Shown here piece after piece: positions 26,007 through 34,690 of a stretch of 62,020 nucleotides of DNA. The translations under genes were made by a program, and so were the position numbers. Every line of letters starts with the position of its first letter. Positions within the stretch are counted from its first letter, which is position 1. Source of the DNA: an uncultured Gammaproteobacteria bacterium (GTDB lineage: Bacteria; Patescibacteriota; Patescibacteriia; UBA1558; GWA2-36-10); assembly GCA_964540095.1 (NCBI GenBank), contig CAZILH010000002.1, positions 1 to 62,020 of the forward strand. Reading direction: 5' to 3'. Below the pieces are notes generated by a model. That model was given only the letters and a program-made list of their open reading frames with translations. It searched no databases and was not told the DNA's origin.

Positions 26007-27567
26007 TTACAAATTAGCTGGTTTTATTATAACTCTTGGGGCTTTTATTTTTTACGCTGGAACGATTTTGTTTTTGTGGTGTCCGCAATGGCAGGAATCA
26101 AGGCATTTGGCTTTTAACTGGCCTGACGCCAATGCCAATTTTTGGGCCATCTCCACAATTGTTGATAATTTTAGTATTGGCGAATTTGACCTGCTCAATA
26201 TTCCGAGCAACAATTTATTACACACGCGCAGTCAAAATGTGATTGACGGCGTGACTTTGCCCATGACTTTTTTACCGAGTTTATTTGTTTTGGCTATTCC
26301 AGCTTGGTTTTTTGGCCAATTTTCTTCTCTGCTTTTGGTAGCACTACTTTCGGCTGGGTTTTTGTATATTTTTCATCTATTGATTTTAAAATTATTTAAG
26401 GATGAAAAATTTGGTCTAATTAGTACAATACTATTAGCTACTTTAGCGCCTTGGTTTTATTTTGCTAGTCAGCCCTTATTACCTAATATTATTGTGATAT
26501 TTTTGGCCTCTTTAGCAATTTATTCTTTTTTGGATTACAAATTTTTGGCCGGTAGTTTATTTCTAGCTTTGGCGATCGTCTGTCGACCGCCAGAAATTAT
26601 CTGGTTGCTTCCCGGCTTATTTTTATTTTTTTATTTTTGGCGACCAAAAGTTTGTAAAATAACCAGCATAAGTAGTTTTATAATTTTCGTGGCAATTGCT
26701 CTTTGGGCCCTGTATCTTAATAAGCAAGTTTTTGGCGGTTATTTGATGACCGGCTATTCCAATTTGCAGGGTAATGGTCTGCCCAGTGAAGTCAGCGCCA
26801 ATAACAACAATATTATTTCTTGGCTATTTCCTTTTGGTTTAAATATAATACTTGCCATAAAAAATTATCTGAAATATTTTTGCTTATTGATTTGGCCGTA
26901 TAGTATATTTATTTTTTTGGGAGTTTGGATAATACTACGCGATAAAAATAAGAGGACAGAAAAAAAATATCTATTGGCTTATATAATTATCAGCGCTTTG
27001 CTAGTTTTGTATTATGGCTCCTGGAATTTTGCTGATCCTTTGGTCAAAAATTTGAACACTATCAGTATTTCTTATGTGCGTTATTTTTTGCCAATATTTA
27101 TTATGTCTGTCCCCTTAATAGTATTGGGAATAAATTTTTTATTAAATAAAATAAAAAACAAAAATATTTGGCGAATACTTATTGTCGGTATTTTAATTTT
27201 GTTTTCCTTTTATCAAGTTTATTTTACAAAGAATGACGGCTGGCTGGCGCAGAGTCAATATGTGCGTGGCTATTATCAAGAGTGGCAAATGATCAAAAAA
27301 ATAGTTCCCGCCAAAGCAGTTATTATTTCTGAACGGAGCGACAAATATTTATATCCTTACTATAGAGTAGTGGTGTCGCAGGGTGATTTGCCACTGTGGC
27401 CAAGGATCAAAGCAATTTATGGCAGTGTAGATATTTATTATTATTCTAGCAGTGATGTTGCGCAAATTATGGCTACAAAAAAAATAATGGCTCAAAGTAA
27501 TCTTGATTTGTCCACGCCCATTGCCATTAGCGATAATTTAAATTTATATAAAGTATTAAGTAAATAA
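25990..27567 (+). CDS. Polytopic membrane protein, GT-C/ArnT-like candidate
   Basis: At least 12 TM segments followed by a soluble C-terminal domain. It lies inside a glycosyltransferase cluster. Confidence 0.55.
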   Translation: MKKKINYKLAGFIITLGAFIFYAGTILFLWCPQWQESRHLAFNWPDANANFWAISTIVDNFSIGEFDLLNIPSNNLLHTRSQNVIDGVTLPMTFLPSLFVLAIPAWFFGQFSSLLLVALLSAGFLYIFHLLILKLFKDEKFGLISTILLATLAPWFYFASQPLLPNIIVIFLASLAIYSFLDYKFLAGSLFLALAIVCRPPEIIWLLPGLFLFFYFWRPKVCKITSISSFIIFVAIALWALYLNKQVFGGYLMTGYSNLQGNGLPSEVSANNNNIISWLFPFGLNIILAIKNYLKYFCLLIWPYSIFIFLGVWIILRDKNKRTEKKYLLAYIIISALLVLYYGSWNFADPLVKNLNTISISYVRYFLPIFIMSVPLIVLGINFLLNKIKNKNIWRILIVGILILFSFYQVYFTKNDGWLAQSQYVRGYYQEWQMIKKIVPAKAVIISERSDKYLYPYYRVVVSQGDLPLWPRIKAIYGSVDIYYYSSSDVAQIMATKKIMAQSNLDLSTPIAISDNLNLYKVLSK

Positions 27568-27569
27568 TT

Positions 27570-27977
27570 ATGGATTGCATTTTTTGTAAAATTGTAAAAA
27601 AAGAAATTCCAGCCAAAAACATTTTTGAGAATGATAAATATTTGGCCTTCTTGGATATTACACCCAACACCATTGGTCATACTTTGGTAATACCCAAAAA
27701 ACATATGGATAATTTTGCCGAGCAGAGCAGTGATGAAGCGGCCGAGCATATTAAAGTAGTGCAGCAAATCGCTGTTCAGCTGAAAAATATTTTGGAGGCC
27801 GACGGTTTTAATGTGGCCATCAACAATGGTCAAGCTGCTGGGCAAATAATAAATCATGTGCATTGGCACATCATCCCTCGCTATAAGAATGATGGCTTGT
27901 TGCATTTTGCTCATAGTGAAGAAGCTAAAAATAAATTAGACGAAACATTAAAAAAAATAAATGGCCAAATTAAATAA
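27570..27977 (+). CDS. HIT-family (HINT-like) nucleotide hydrolase
   Basis: CIFCKI and HVHWHIIPR histidine triad. Confidence 0.9.
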   Translation: MDCIFCKIVKKEIPAKNIFENDKYLAFLDITPNTIGHTLVIPKKHMDNFAEQSSDEAAEHIKVVQQIAVQLKNILEADGFNVAINNGQAAGQIINHVHWHIIPRYKNDGLLHFAHSEEAKNKLDETLKKINGQIK

Positions 27978-28200
27978 TAAGCAAAAGCTTTTAGATATAA
28001 TAGAAAATATTCGAGTCTCCTTGGCTCAACACAATGGTGATTTGCAGTTGGTAAAATATGACCAGAAAAAGGGGATTGTCACCATTTCTTTGCAAGGCGC
28101 TTGCGCTCATTGCCAGCTTTCTGATATTACAGTCAAATTTTTGGTTGAGCATGAGATCAGGACCAAACTCCCCAGCGTCAAGCAAATAAAAGTGGTTTGA
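27961..28200 (+). CDS. NifU/Nfu C-terminal-domain protein
   Basis: GDLQLV...ISLQGACAHCQLS (CxxC). Confidence 0.75.
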   Translation: MAKLNNKQKLLDIIENIRVSLAQHNGDLQLVKYDQKKGIVTISLQGACAHCQLSDITVKFLVEHEIRTKLPSVKQIKVV

Positions 28201-28278
28201 GTTTGCTTTATTTTCCCTATTATATTCTAATAAAGCCATATTTTTACAATAATTGTTAATTCTGGTAAAATAAGCAGT

Positions 28279-28650
28279 ATGTTTCGATTGCTGTGGATGA
28301 AAATCAAGGTTGTTTATAAGGATCGCTGGTCATTTTGGCTGACCAACGCTTCTATTTTGTTTGTTGTGTTGTTATGGGTTTTGTATTTTACTAGCAAAAT
28401 TGCTCTTAGTCCCATAGCTTCTTTGCATTACAATATTTATTCAGGCATCGACCTTTTAGGTGATTGGCGCTGGTTGGTTTATTTACCAACTATTATGCCG
28501 ATATTAAGCATTATCAATTTTATTATTGCTGCTCTTATTTTTACCAAAAGGCCGGTTTTTAGTCATCTAATTTTGACTTATATTTTGTGTTCCAATATTA
28601 TGTTTTTTACTTACTTTTTTTATATCTTAAAATACAACCTCAATGCCTGA
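28279..28650 (+). CDS. Small polytopic membrane protein
   Basis: Four hydrophobic segments. Confidence 0.5.
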   Translation: MFRLLWMKIKVVYKDRWSFWLTNASILFVVLLWVLYFTSKIALSPIASLHYNIYSGIDLLGDWRWLVYLPTIMPILSIINFIIAALIFTKRPVFSHLILTYILCSNIMFFTYFFYILKYNLNA

Positions 28651-29695
28651 GCAAGAAATCATTAAAATTTTTTCCTTAACCACTGGGTCTTTTATTTTGG
28701 CTTTTTTATTGACACCAACTTGGAGCAATATTTTATACAAACACAAGCTAGGTAAGAGCATCCGTGATGATGGCCAGACGCCAATTTTTTCTAATTTGCA
28801 CAAAGCTAAATCTGGTACGCCAACTATGGGTGGTGTCTTGATCTGGTTCACGGTTTTGCTTCTGGGACTTTTATTTTTGCTGATTGCCGCTTGGTGGCCA
28901 GAATCGATGTTGGCTAAATTAAACTTTATTAATCGCCGAGAAACTTATCTGCCTCTAGGAGCTCTGGTGGCCTCAGCTTTGGTGGGTCTACTTGATGATT
29001 GGTTTAATATCAAGCGTCAAGGCGGAGGCAAAGGCGGTGGCTTGACTATCAAGCACCGTTTGTTGATGTACACGGCCATTGCTATTTTTGGGGCCTGGTG
29101 GTTTTATTTCAAATTAGATTGGGATGTAGTGCGCATTCCTTTTGTTGGTTTGTATAATTTTGGTTGGTGGTTTATACCTTTTTTTATATTTGTACTCGTG
29201 GCCACTGCTTTTTCAGTCAATGAGACCGATGGCTTGGATGGCTTGGCTGGGGGACTGGCCTTGGCTTCTTTTGGTGCTTTTGCCACCATTGCTTTTGTGC
29301 AGGGCAATTATAATCTAGCGGCTTTTTGCGGAGCGATTGTCGGCGCTTTGATTGCTTTTTTGTGGTTTAATATTCATCCGGCTAGATTTTTTATGGGTGA
29401 TACTGGGGCTATGTCTTTGGGTATTGTCTTGGGTATTGTGGCTATGTTGACGGGTTATGCCTTGTTGTTGCCAGTCATTGGCTTTTTGTTTTTGATCGAA
29501 TCGTTATCAGTCATTATTCAACTTTTTTCCAAAAAATTTCGCAAAAAGAAAGTGTTTTTGTCAGCGCCCTTGCATCATCATTTTGAGGCCAAGGGTTGGC
29601 CGGAGACCAAGATTGTGATGCGCTTCTGGCTTTTGTCTGGCATCTTGGCGGTTTTGGGATTGATCATTGCTATTATTGATTTGCGTCTATGGTAG
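28643..29695 (+). CDS. mraY: Phospho-N-acetylmuramoyl-pentapeptide transferase
   Basis: HKAKSGTPTMGG, NETDGLDGLA and GDTGAMSLG. Confidence 0.93.
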   Translation: MPEQEIIKIFSLTTGSFILAFLLTPTWSNILYKHKLGKSIRDDGQTPIFSNLHKAKSGTPTMGGVLIWFTVLLLGLLFLLIAAWWPESMLAKLNFINRRETYLPLGALVASALVGLLDDWFNIKRQGGGKGGGLTIKHRLLMYTAIAIFGAWWFYFKLDWDVVRIPFVGLYNFGWWFIPFFIFVLVATAFSVNETDGLDGLAGGLALASFGAFATIAFVQGNYNLAAFCGAIVGALIAFLWFNIHPARFFMGDTGAMSLGIVLGIVAMLTGYALLLPVIGFLFLIESLSVIIQLFSKKFRKKKVFLSAPLHHHFEAKGWPETKIVMRFWLLSGILAVLGLIIAIIDLRLW

Positions 29696-31110
29696 ATTAT
29701 CGCCACAAAAAAGTATTGGTCATGGGTTTGGGCTTGCATGGCGGTGGCTTGGCAGTGGTGCAGTGGCTATTGAAGCATGATGCTCAAGTCACTGTGACCG
29801 ATACCAAAAGTGCCAAAGCTTTGAAAGCGACTTTGGATAAAATAAAAAAATTAGCGGGTAGTAAAAATATAAAATATACTTTGGGCGGGCATGATAAAAA
29901 AGATTTTCAAAATCAGGATTTGATTATCCAAAATCCTGGAGTGCCAAAAGAGTCACCCTATCTCAAAATTGCCAAACATAACAACATCCCTATTATCAAT
30001 GAGGCAGTGTTGTTTTTTGAAAGTTACCCAAGCCCGATTATTGCTGTGACCGGCACTCGAGGCAAGTCAACCACAGCTTCAGTGCTAGAATCTATTGTGA
30101 AAAAACAATACAAAAACAGTGTTTTAGCTGGCAATATCGCTACCACGGCCATGATGTCAATAGTGGATTCTTTACCCAAAAATAGCTACCCAGTGTTGGA
30201 ATTGTCTAGTTGGCAACTCGAAGGACTTGATCAATATCGTATTTCGCCTCCAGTGGCTGTGGTGACCAATGTCATGGTTGACCACTTAAACCGCTATCGC
30301 TCTTTTGCGGCTTATAAAAACGCCAAATATTTTATTTGTAAACACCAAAAAGCTAGTGACTTAGTGGTGCTTAATGCTGACAATATTCACACCAAATCTT
30401 TTGCCAAAAAAGTTAAATCACGAGTTTATTATTTTTCTTTACAAAAAAAAGTTAAGGGAGCGTATTTACAGGGCAATAATATTTATTTTTTTGACGGTCA
30501 AAAAAATAGCTTGGTGATGAATACTGCTAAAATAAAAATACTTGGTCAGCATAATCTAGCCAATATTTTAGCCGCTATTTGCGTGGCCAAGACTTTGGGT
30601 ATTGCCAATGTAAAGATTGCCTCAGCTGTTAATAATTTTCGGGGTATAGAATATAGGATGCAATTGATCAGGCAATTAGCGGGCCTGAAAATTTATAATG
30701 ATTCTACTTCCACTACTCCTGATGCGACTATTGCCGCAATCAAGGCCTTAGGCAATGAAAAAATAATTTTGTTGGCTGGTGGCGTGGACAAAGTTTTGGA
30801 TTTTAAAATTTTGGCCAAAACCATCAAAGAGCAAGTCAGTGAAGTTATTTTGCTGGAAGGTAGTGCTAGCGATAAAATATTGCGCGAATTAAATAAAATA
30901 GATTATCCTCAAAAACAAATTCACTCTAATATTGATAATCTAAATAAAGCCTGGAGATTAGCTCTTAGTCAAGCCAAAAAAAATAAGGCCACAGCCATTT
31001 TATTTTCGCCAGCCTCGGCCAGCTTCAATATGTTTAATAATGAGTTTGATCGCGCCAGGCAATTTAGTAAATTAGTGCAGGAAGTCCATGGTCAGAAGAG
31101 CAAGATTTAA
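29689..31110 (+). CDS. murD: UDP-N-acetylmuramoylalanine--D-glutamate ligase
   Basis: VMGLGLHGGG, AVTGTRGKSTT and Mur ligase C-terminal motifs. The position follows mraY. Confidence 0.88.
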   Translation: MVDYRHKKVLVMGLGLHGGGLAVVQWLLKHDAQVTVTDTKSAKALKATLDKIKKLAGSKNIKYTLGGHDKKDFQNQDLIIQNPGVPKESPYLKIAKHNNIPIINEAVLFFESYPSPIIAVTGTRGKSTTASVLESIVKKQYKNSVLAGNIATTAMMSIVDSLPKNSYPVLELSSWQLEGLDQYRISPPVAVVTNVMVDHLNRYRSFAAYKNAKYFICKHQKASDLVVLNADNIHTKSFAKKVKSRVYYFSLQKKVKGAYLQGNNIYFFDGQKNSLVMNTAKIKILGQHNLANILAAICVAKTLGIANVKIASAVNNFRGIEYRMQLIRQLAGLKIYNDSTSTTPDATIAAIKALGNEKIILLAGGVDKVLDFKILAKTIKEQVSEVILLEGSASDKILRELNKIDYPQKQIHSNIDNLNKAWRLALSQAKKNKATAILFSPASASFNMFNNEFDRARQFSKLVQEVHGQKSKI

Positions 31111-32245
31111 TTTAATTTATTGGCTCTTGGAGCCGCTTTATGCCAAGCGGGGAGCCGGTCATCAGCCCGACACTATTTTGTTAATGACGGTCGGTATTTT
31201 ATTATTTTTGGGACTTTTGTTTTTATCTTCAGCTTCGGCTACTTTGTCATTTTATCGCTATCACGACACTTATCGCTTAGTCAAACAGCAATTAGTGCAC
31301 GGTATTTTGCCCGGCTTGGTTTTATTTTATATTGCTTTGCGCACGGATTATTTCAAATTGCAAAAATTTTCCAAATTTTTTCTTATTCTATGTTTTATTT
31401 TGTTGGGCTTGGTTTTTGTGACTACCTTCGGTAATCAATATGGTTCTGCGCAGTCATGGATTGTCTGGGGCGGTTTGTCTTTCCAGCCCAGTGAATTGGT
31501 CAAATTATTTTATATTACTTATTTAGCGGCTTGGCTTAGTGGCCGTTATCAGGAAATAAGCACTTGGTCGCGTGGCACAATTCCGTTTTTAATTATTTTG
31601 GGCATTATTAGTTTACTGCTTATCAAGCAACCTGATTTTGGTGCTTTATTTATTATTTTGTGTATTGCTTTGAGCATGTTTTTTGTGGCTGGCGCTTCGG
31701 TGAAGCACTTGGCTTATATAATTTCTACTGGTCTAGTGGCCTTTTTTGTGCTAATAAAAGCTGCTCCTTATCGCATGAACCGCTTTATTGCTTGGTGGAA
31801 TCCCGACATAGACCCCCAAGGCATTGGTTGGCAACTAAAACAATCTTTGATTGCTATTGGCTCTGGCGGTTGGCTGGGCTTAGGACTTGGCAATTCCAAG
31901 CAAAAATCCTATGTGCCCATGCCAGCCAATGATTCTATTTTTGCCATCATGTCCGAAGAAGTTGGTTTGATTTTTTCTCTGGGTATTATATTTTTGTTTT
32001 TGATAGTTTTGTGGCGTGGTTTGCTTATTGCCAAGCAGGCCCCGGATAATTATGCTCGTTTTTTGGCAGTGGGTATTGTGGTGTGGCTGACCGCTCAGGT
32101 CTTTGTCAACATTGCTGGACTTTTACAGATTATGCCTTTGACTGGCGTACCTTTGCCGTTTATTTCACTAGGTGGATCCAATTTAATGGTCAGCTTGATG
32201 GCTGTCGGTATTTTGGCTAATATATCAAGACACACAAGCCGCTAA
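31088..32245 (+). CDS. ftsW: SEDS-family peptidoglycan polymerase FtsW/RodA
   Basis: FQPSELVKL, NDSIFAI and LPFISLGGSN. Confidence 0.88.
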   Translation: MVRRARFNLIYWLLEPLYAKRGAGHQPDTILLMTVGILLFLGLLFLSSASATLSFYRYHDTYRLVKQQLVHGILPGLVLFYIALRTDYFKLQKFSKFFLILCFILLGLVFVTTFGNQYGSAQSWIVWGGLSFQPSELVKLFYITYLAAWLSGRYQEISTWSRGTIPFLIILGIISLLLIKQPDFGALFIILCIALSMFFVAGASVKHLAYIISTGLVAFFVLIKAAPYRMNRFIAWWNPDIDPQGIGWQLKQSLIAIGSGGWLGLGLGNSKQKSYVPMPANDSIFAIMSEEVGLIFSLGIIFLFLIVLWRGLLIAKQAPDNYARFLAVGIVVWLTAQVFVNIAGLLQIMPLTGVPLPFISLGGSNLMVSLMAVGILANISRHTSR

Positions 32246-32249
32246 ATAT

Positions 32250-33269
32250 ATGAACACAAAAAAGCCAAAAATATTATTAGTAGGCGGAGGGACCTTGGGA
32301 TCAGTCAGTCCGCTTTTGGCCGTGGCTTTGGAATTTCCGGCGGAGTATTTGTTTGTCTGTAGTCCCCATGGTCCAGAAAAAAAATTAATAGAAGCCAACA
32401 ACATTCCATTGGTGACTCTCCGCGCTGGCAAATGGCGACGCTATTTTTCTTGGCAAAATCTGGCTGATATTTTTTGGTTTAAAATAAGTTTTTGGCGCAG
32501 TTTGGGTATTATCAGAAAGTTTAAACCGGACCTAATATTGACGGCTGGTAGTTTTGTGGCTGTGCCAGTGGCTTGGGCTGGGTGGTTTTGTCGCGTGCCA
32601 GTTGTCGTGCATCAGCAAGACATTGTAGTGGGCTTGGCCAATAAAATAATGGCGCCACTGGCCAAAGTAATTACCGTCACTTTTCCAGAGCAAAAAAATA
32701 GTTTTTATCACAAAAACAAAATTGTGGTGACTGGTAATCCGGTGCGCAAAATTACAGCTCACGAAAATCCTGAAAAAATAATTTTGATTACCGGTGGAGG
32801 ATTGGGAGCTAGAGGTTTAAATGAGTTTGTTAAGGAATTTATTCCTTATTTAAGTAGCTACTACCCAGTGCATCATATTTTGGGTCAAGAGAATTGGGAT
32901 CAGCGAGCTCGCCAAGAAAATTATACTGCCCATCAGTTTGTGACATCAGAAATGCCAGATTTAATGAGTCGAGCAGAATTAATAATTTCTCGCGCTGGTA
33001 TGCAGACCGTTACGGAAGTTGCTGGACTAGCCAAAGCTTTAGTACTAGTGCCTATGCCCAATAGTCACCAAGAACAAAATGCTATTTTCCTAGCCAAGCA
33101 CAACGCTGCCTATCTAGTGAAGCAAGGTCAGCATCAGATCATGTCTAGATATTTGGAAAAATTATTAAACAATAATGATTTGCGAAATGGTTTGGCTTCC
33201 AATCTGCATAATTTATTTCCAAAACAGGCAGTAGAAAATTATATGGAGGTGATTAAAAAATTATTATAA
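32250..33269 (+). CDS. murG: Lipid II synthase MurG
   Basis: GGGTLGSVSPLLAV, ITGGGLGA, RAGMQTVTE and QEQNA. Confidence 0.88.
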   Translation: MNTKKPKILLVGGGTLGSVSPLLAVALEFPAEYLFVCSPHGPEKKLIEANNIPLVTLRAGKWRRYFSWQNLADIFWFKISFWRSLGIIRKFKPDLILTAGSFVAVPVAWAGWFCRVPVVVHQQDIVVGLANKIMAPLAKVITVTFPEQKNSFYHKNKIVVTGNPVRKITAHENPEKIILITGGGLGARGLNEFVKEFIPYLSSYYPVHHILGQENWDQRARQENYTAHQFVTSEMPDLMSRAELIISRAGMQTVTEVAGLAKALVLVPMPNSHQEQNAIFLAKHNAAYLVKQGQHQIMSRYLEKLLNNNDLRNGLASNLHNLFPKQAVENYMEVIKKLL

Positions 33270-33274
33270 AAAAT

Positions 33275-33499
33275 ATGGAAAAATTTGCACCACAAATAGA
33301 AAAAAATCCAGCCGCTAGAGTCATGTCGCTCCAAGAAATGAACGAATCACTCAAAATTTTGGCGCTTATGCAAAATGCTGGCAAAGGTGATGTCACAGTT
33401 AATCAACTGGTTCGAGAGTTGGACCATGAAATTAATCTCAAGCTTGGTAAAAGGAGTGGCGAAGAAGTTGGACAAGAATTTTTTGATCAGGTTGAGTGA
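33275..33499 (+). CDS. Hypothetical small protein (74 aa)
   Basis: Host-like composition. No family recognised. Confidence 0.45.
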   Translation: MEKFAPQIEKNPAARVMSLQEMNESLKILALMQNAGKGDVTVNQLVRELDHEINLKLGKRSGEEVGQEFFDQVE

Positions 33500-33521
33500 T
33501 TTTTTCCCTGTGCATAACTCA

Positions 33522-33549
33522 TTGACATTTCCCGTATTTGAGCTATAAT
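33522..33549 (+). promoter_or_regulatory. Sigma70-type promoter
   Basis: TTGACA-16 nt-TATAAT. Confidence 0.6.
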
Positions 33550-33555
33550 TACTAG

Positions 33556-33762
33556 CAATTTAAGCCTTTTGACCTTGCGTCCTTTACAATAAGGAAGTGA
33601 GGTGTTAGCGGCTTAATAAAACCTTGGAGATCCCGACTCTTGACAAAATGAACACATCATTTCGGGCATAGTTAGGTATTGATCAAGAGAATTCCAAGCA
33701 GGTTACCGAGATTTCAAATCAATGAAATAAAATAAGCAAGCCGCAAGTTTGCTTATTTTTGT
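33556..33762 (+). ncRNA. Candidate structured small RNA of about 205 nt, class unknown
   Basis: It lies between a consensus promoter and an intrinsic terminator (ataagcaa..ttgcttat plus T-run). Three further hairpins fold by hand: AAGCC..GGCTT with nested ACCT/AGGT and TCCTT/AAGGA; AACC-TTGGA..CTCTTGA/TCAAGAG..TCCAA-GGTT; ATTTCA/TGAAAT. There is no plausible ORF. Confidence 0.45.
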
Positions 33763-33886
33763 TGAACTACAGAGTCCTGCGTTAGTGGGGCAAAATAAAT
33801 CACTCCAAGTAAGGGAGGATGGCAGCTTCATTCAAACCCTGATTTTGTTTTGCCTAAAAAAGGCAAAACCAGAAGGAGGTGTAATC

Positions 33887-34063
33887 ATGAGTGAGATGAA
33901 GATTGACAGACCGCACGGTGGGCTTGGTCAGCACGTCGACATCATCGTGCCGTTGCCGGAAATTTCCGGTGTCCAGCAGATCCGCATCAATACCGACGGC
34001 AAGATCGCTGACGAGCGCGTCGGTATCAAGGGCGGTAAGTGGCAGGACATCGACAAGAAGTAG
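33887..34063 (+). CDS. Small hypothetical protein (58 aa), high-GC
   Basis: RBS: agAAGGAGGtgtaatcATG. Product: MSEMKIDRPHGGLGQHVDIIVPLPEISGVQQIRINTDGKIADERVGIKGGKWQDIDKK. A GC hairpin follows (gggagccag..ctggctccc). Confidence 0.55.
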   Translation: MSEMKIDRPHGGLGQHVDIIVPLPEISGVQQIRINTDGKIADERVGIKGGKWQDIDKK

Positions 34064-34171
34064 CACTTCACCTCAACCCAGGGAGCCAGTCAGATCACTG
34101 GCTGGCTCCCGACTCAATTTATTAATTATATTTTCAAATATATTTGTTCTTTCGTGATAAGGAGGTGCAGT

Positions 34172-34276
34172 ATGGAAAATAATGAGACTCCGGAGAATTT
34201 CGACTTTGACGAACAGAGCGTAATTCCCGGCTGTCCCGAAGACGTGGACGATGAACGTAGGGTACCCATCATTTAG
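34172..34276 (+). CDS. Candidate acidic 34-aa peptide
   Basis: RBS: tAAGGAGGtgcagtATG. Product: MENNETPENFDFDEQSVIPGCPEDVDDERRVPII. Confidence 0.45.
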   Translation: MENNETPENFDFDEQSVIPGCPEDVDDERRVPII

Positions 34277-34294
34277 CTAAGGGGGGTGAGTTCA

Positions 34295-34384
34295 ATGAAG
34301 AAGAAGACTTTCTCCGCCTGCGGCGACGATGACACGGACGGTATGCCCGAGGGTTGGGACGCTGACGTGTCCGGCGACGACTAG
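34295..34384 (+). CDS. Candidate acidic 29-aa peptide
   Basis: RBS: AAGGGGGGtgagttcaATG. Product: MKKKTFSACGDDDTDGMPEGWDADVSGDD. Confidence 0.45.
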   Translation: MKKKTFSACGDDDTDGMPEGWDADVSGDD

Positions 34385-34403
34385 CCCACAGCGGCTAGTT
34401 CAC

Positions 34404-34446
34404 GGGGGGCTTGGACAAGAAATTGTTCAGCCCCCTTATTTTTTAT
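34404..34446 (+). terminator. Intrinsic terminator of cassette 4
   Basis: Stem GGGGGCT / AGCCCCC followed by TTATTTTTT. Confidence 0.65.
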
Positions 34447-34457
34447 ATTTTTTCAAT

Positions 34458-34661
34458 CTACCCATCCTTTTCCACGCCAATTGCGTCTTGGGGACAGGAA
34501 GCTATTATTTCATCAATTTTATCTAAATTTGAATTTATGACACTGATTTTATTATCCTTCAGTTCAAATATTTCTGGGTATAATTGAGTACAAAGACAGC
34601 AGATTATACATTTATTTTCATCAATCGTTATTTTTTTTTGTGCTAAATTTTTTTCGCTCAT
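34458..34661 (-). CDS. Small 4Fe-4S ferredoxin
   Basis: CIICCLC...SCPQDAI (CxxCxxC..CP). Confidence 0.75.
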   Translation of the reverse strand: MSEKNLAQKKITIDENKCIICCLCTQLYPEIFELKDNKISVINSNLDKIDEIIASCPQDAIGVEKDG

Positions 34662-34690
34662 ATTGCAAAAATTTAATTTATTATTATTTT

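Noticed and set aside
33522-33762. SRP (4.5S) or 6S RNA identity for the structured RNA
   Set aside because: The first hairpin contains AAGGAAG, which faintly resembles the SRP domain IV motif. However, it lacks the GNAR tetraloop and the conserved loop pattern, and the overall four-hairpin layout does not fit 4.5S or 6S. The class is left unassigned.
33749-34157. The 104-aa version of ORF 33749-34063, plus ORFs 33854-34066 (-) and 33903-34157 (+)
   Set aside because: The N-terminal extension runs through AT-rich non-coding sequence and a hairpin upstream of the strong SD. I kept only the SD-proximal start at 33887. The other two are GC-artefact frames.
2030-34446. The four high-GC blocks as assembly chimeras or contamination
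   Set aside because: I did not adopt this as the primary explanation. There are four blocks, each only 0.4-0.7 kb, and each is joined precisely to host-like AT-rich promoters and terminators. One of them shares a palindromic divergent promoter with the helicase gene. Sequence alone cannot exclude a chimera, and read mapping is the decisive test.
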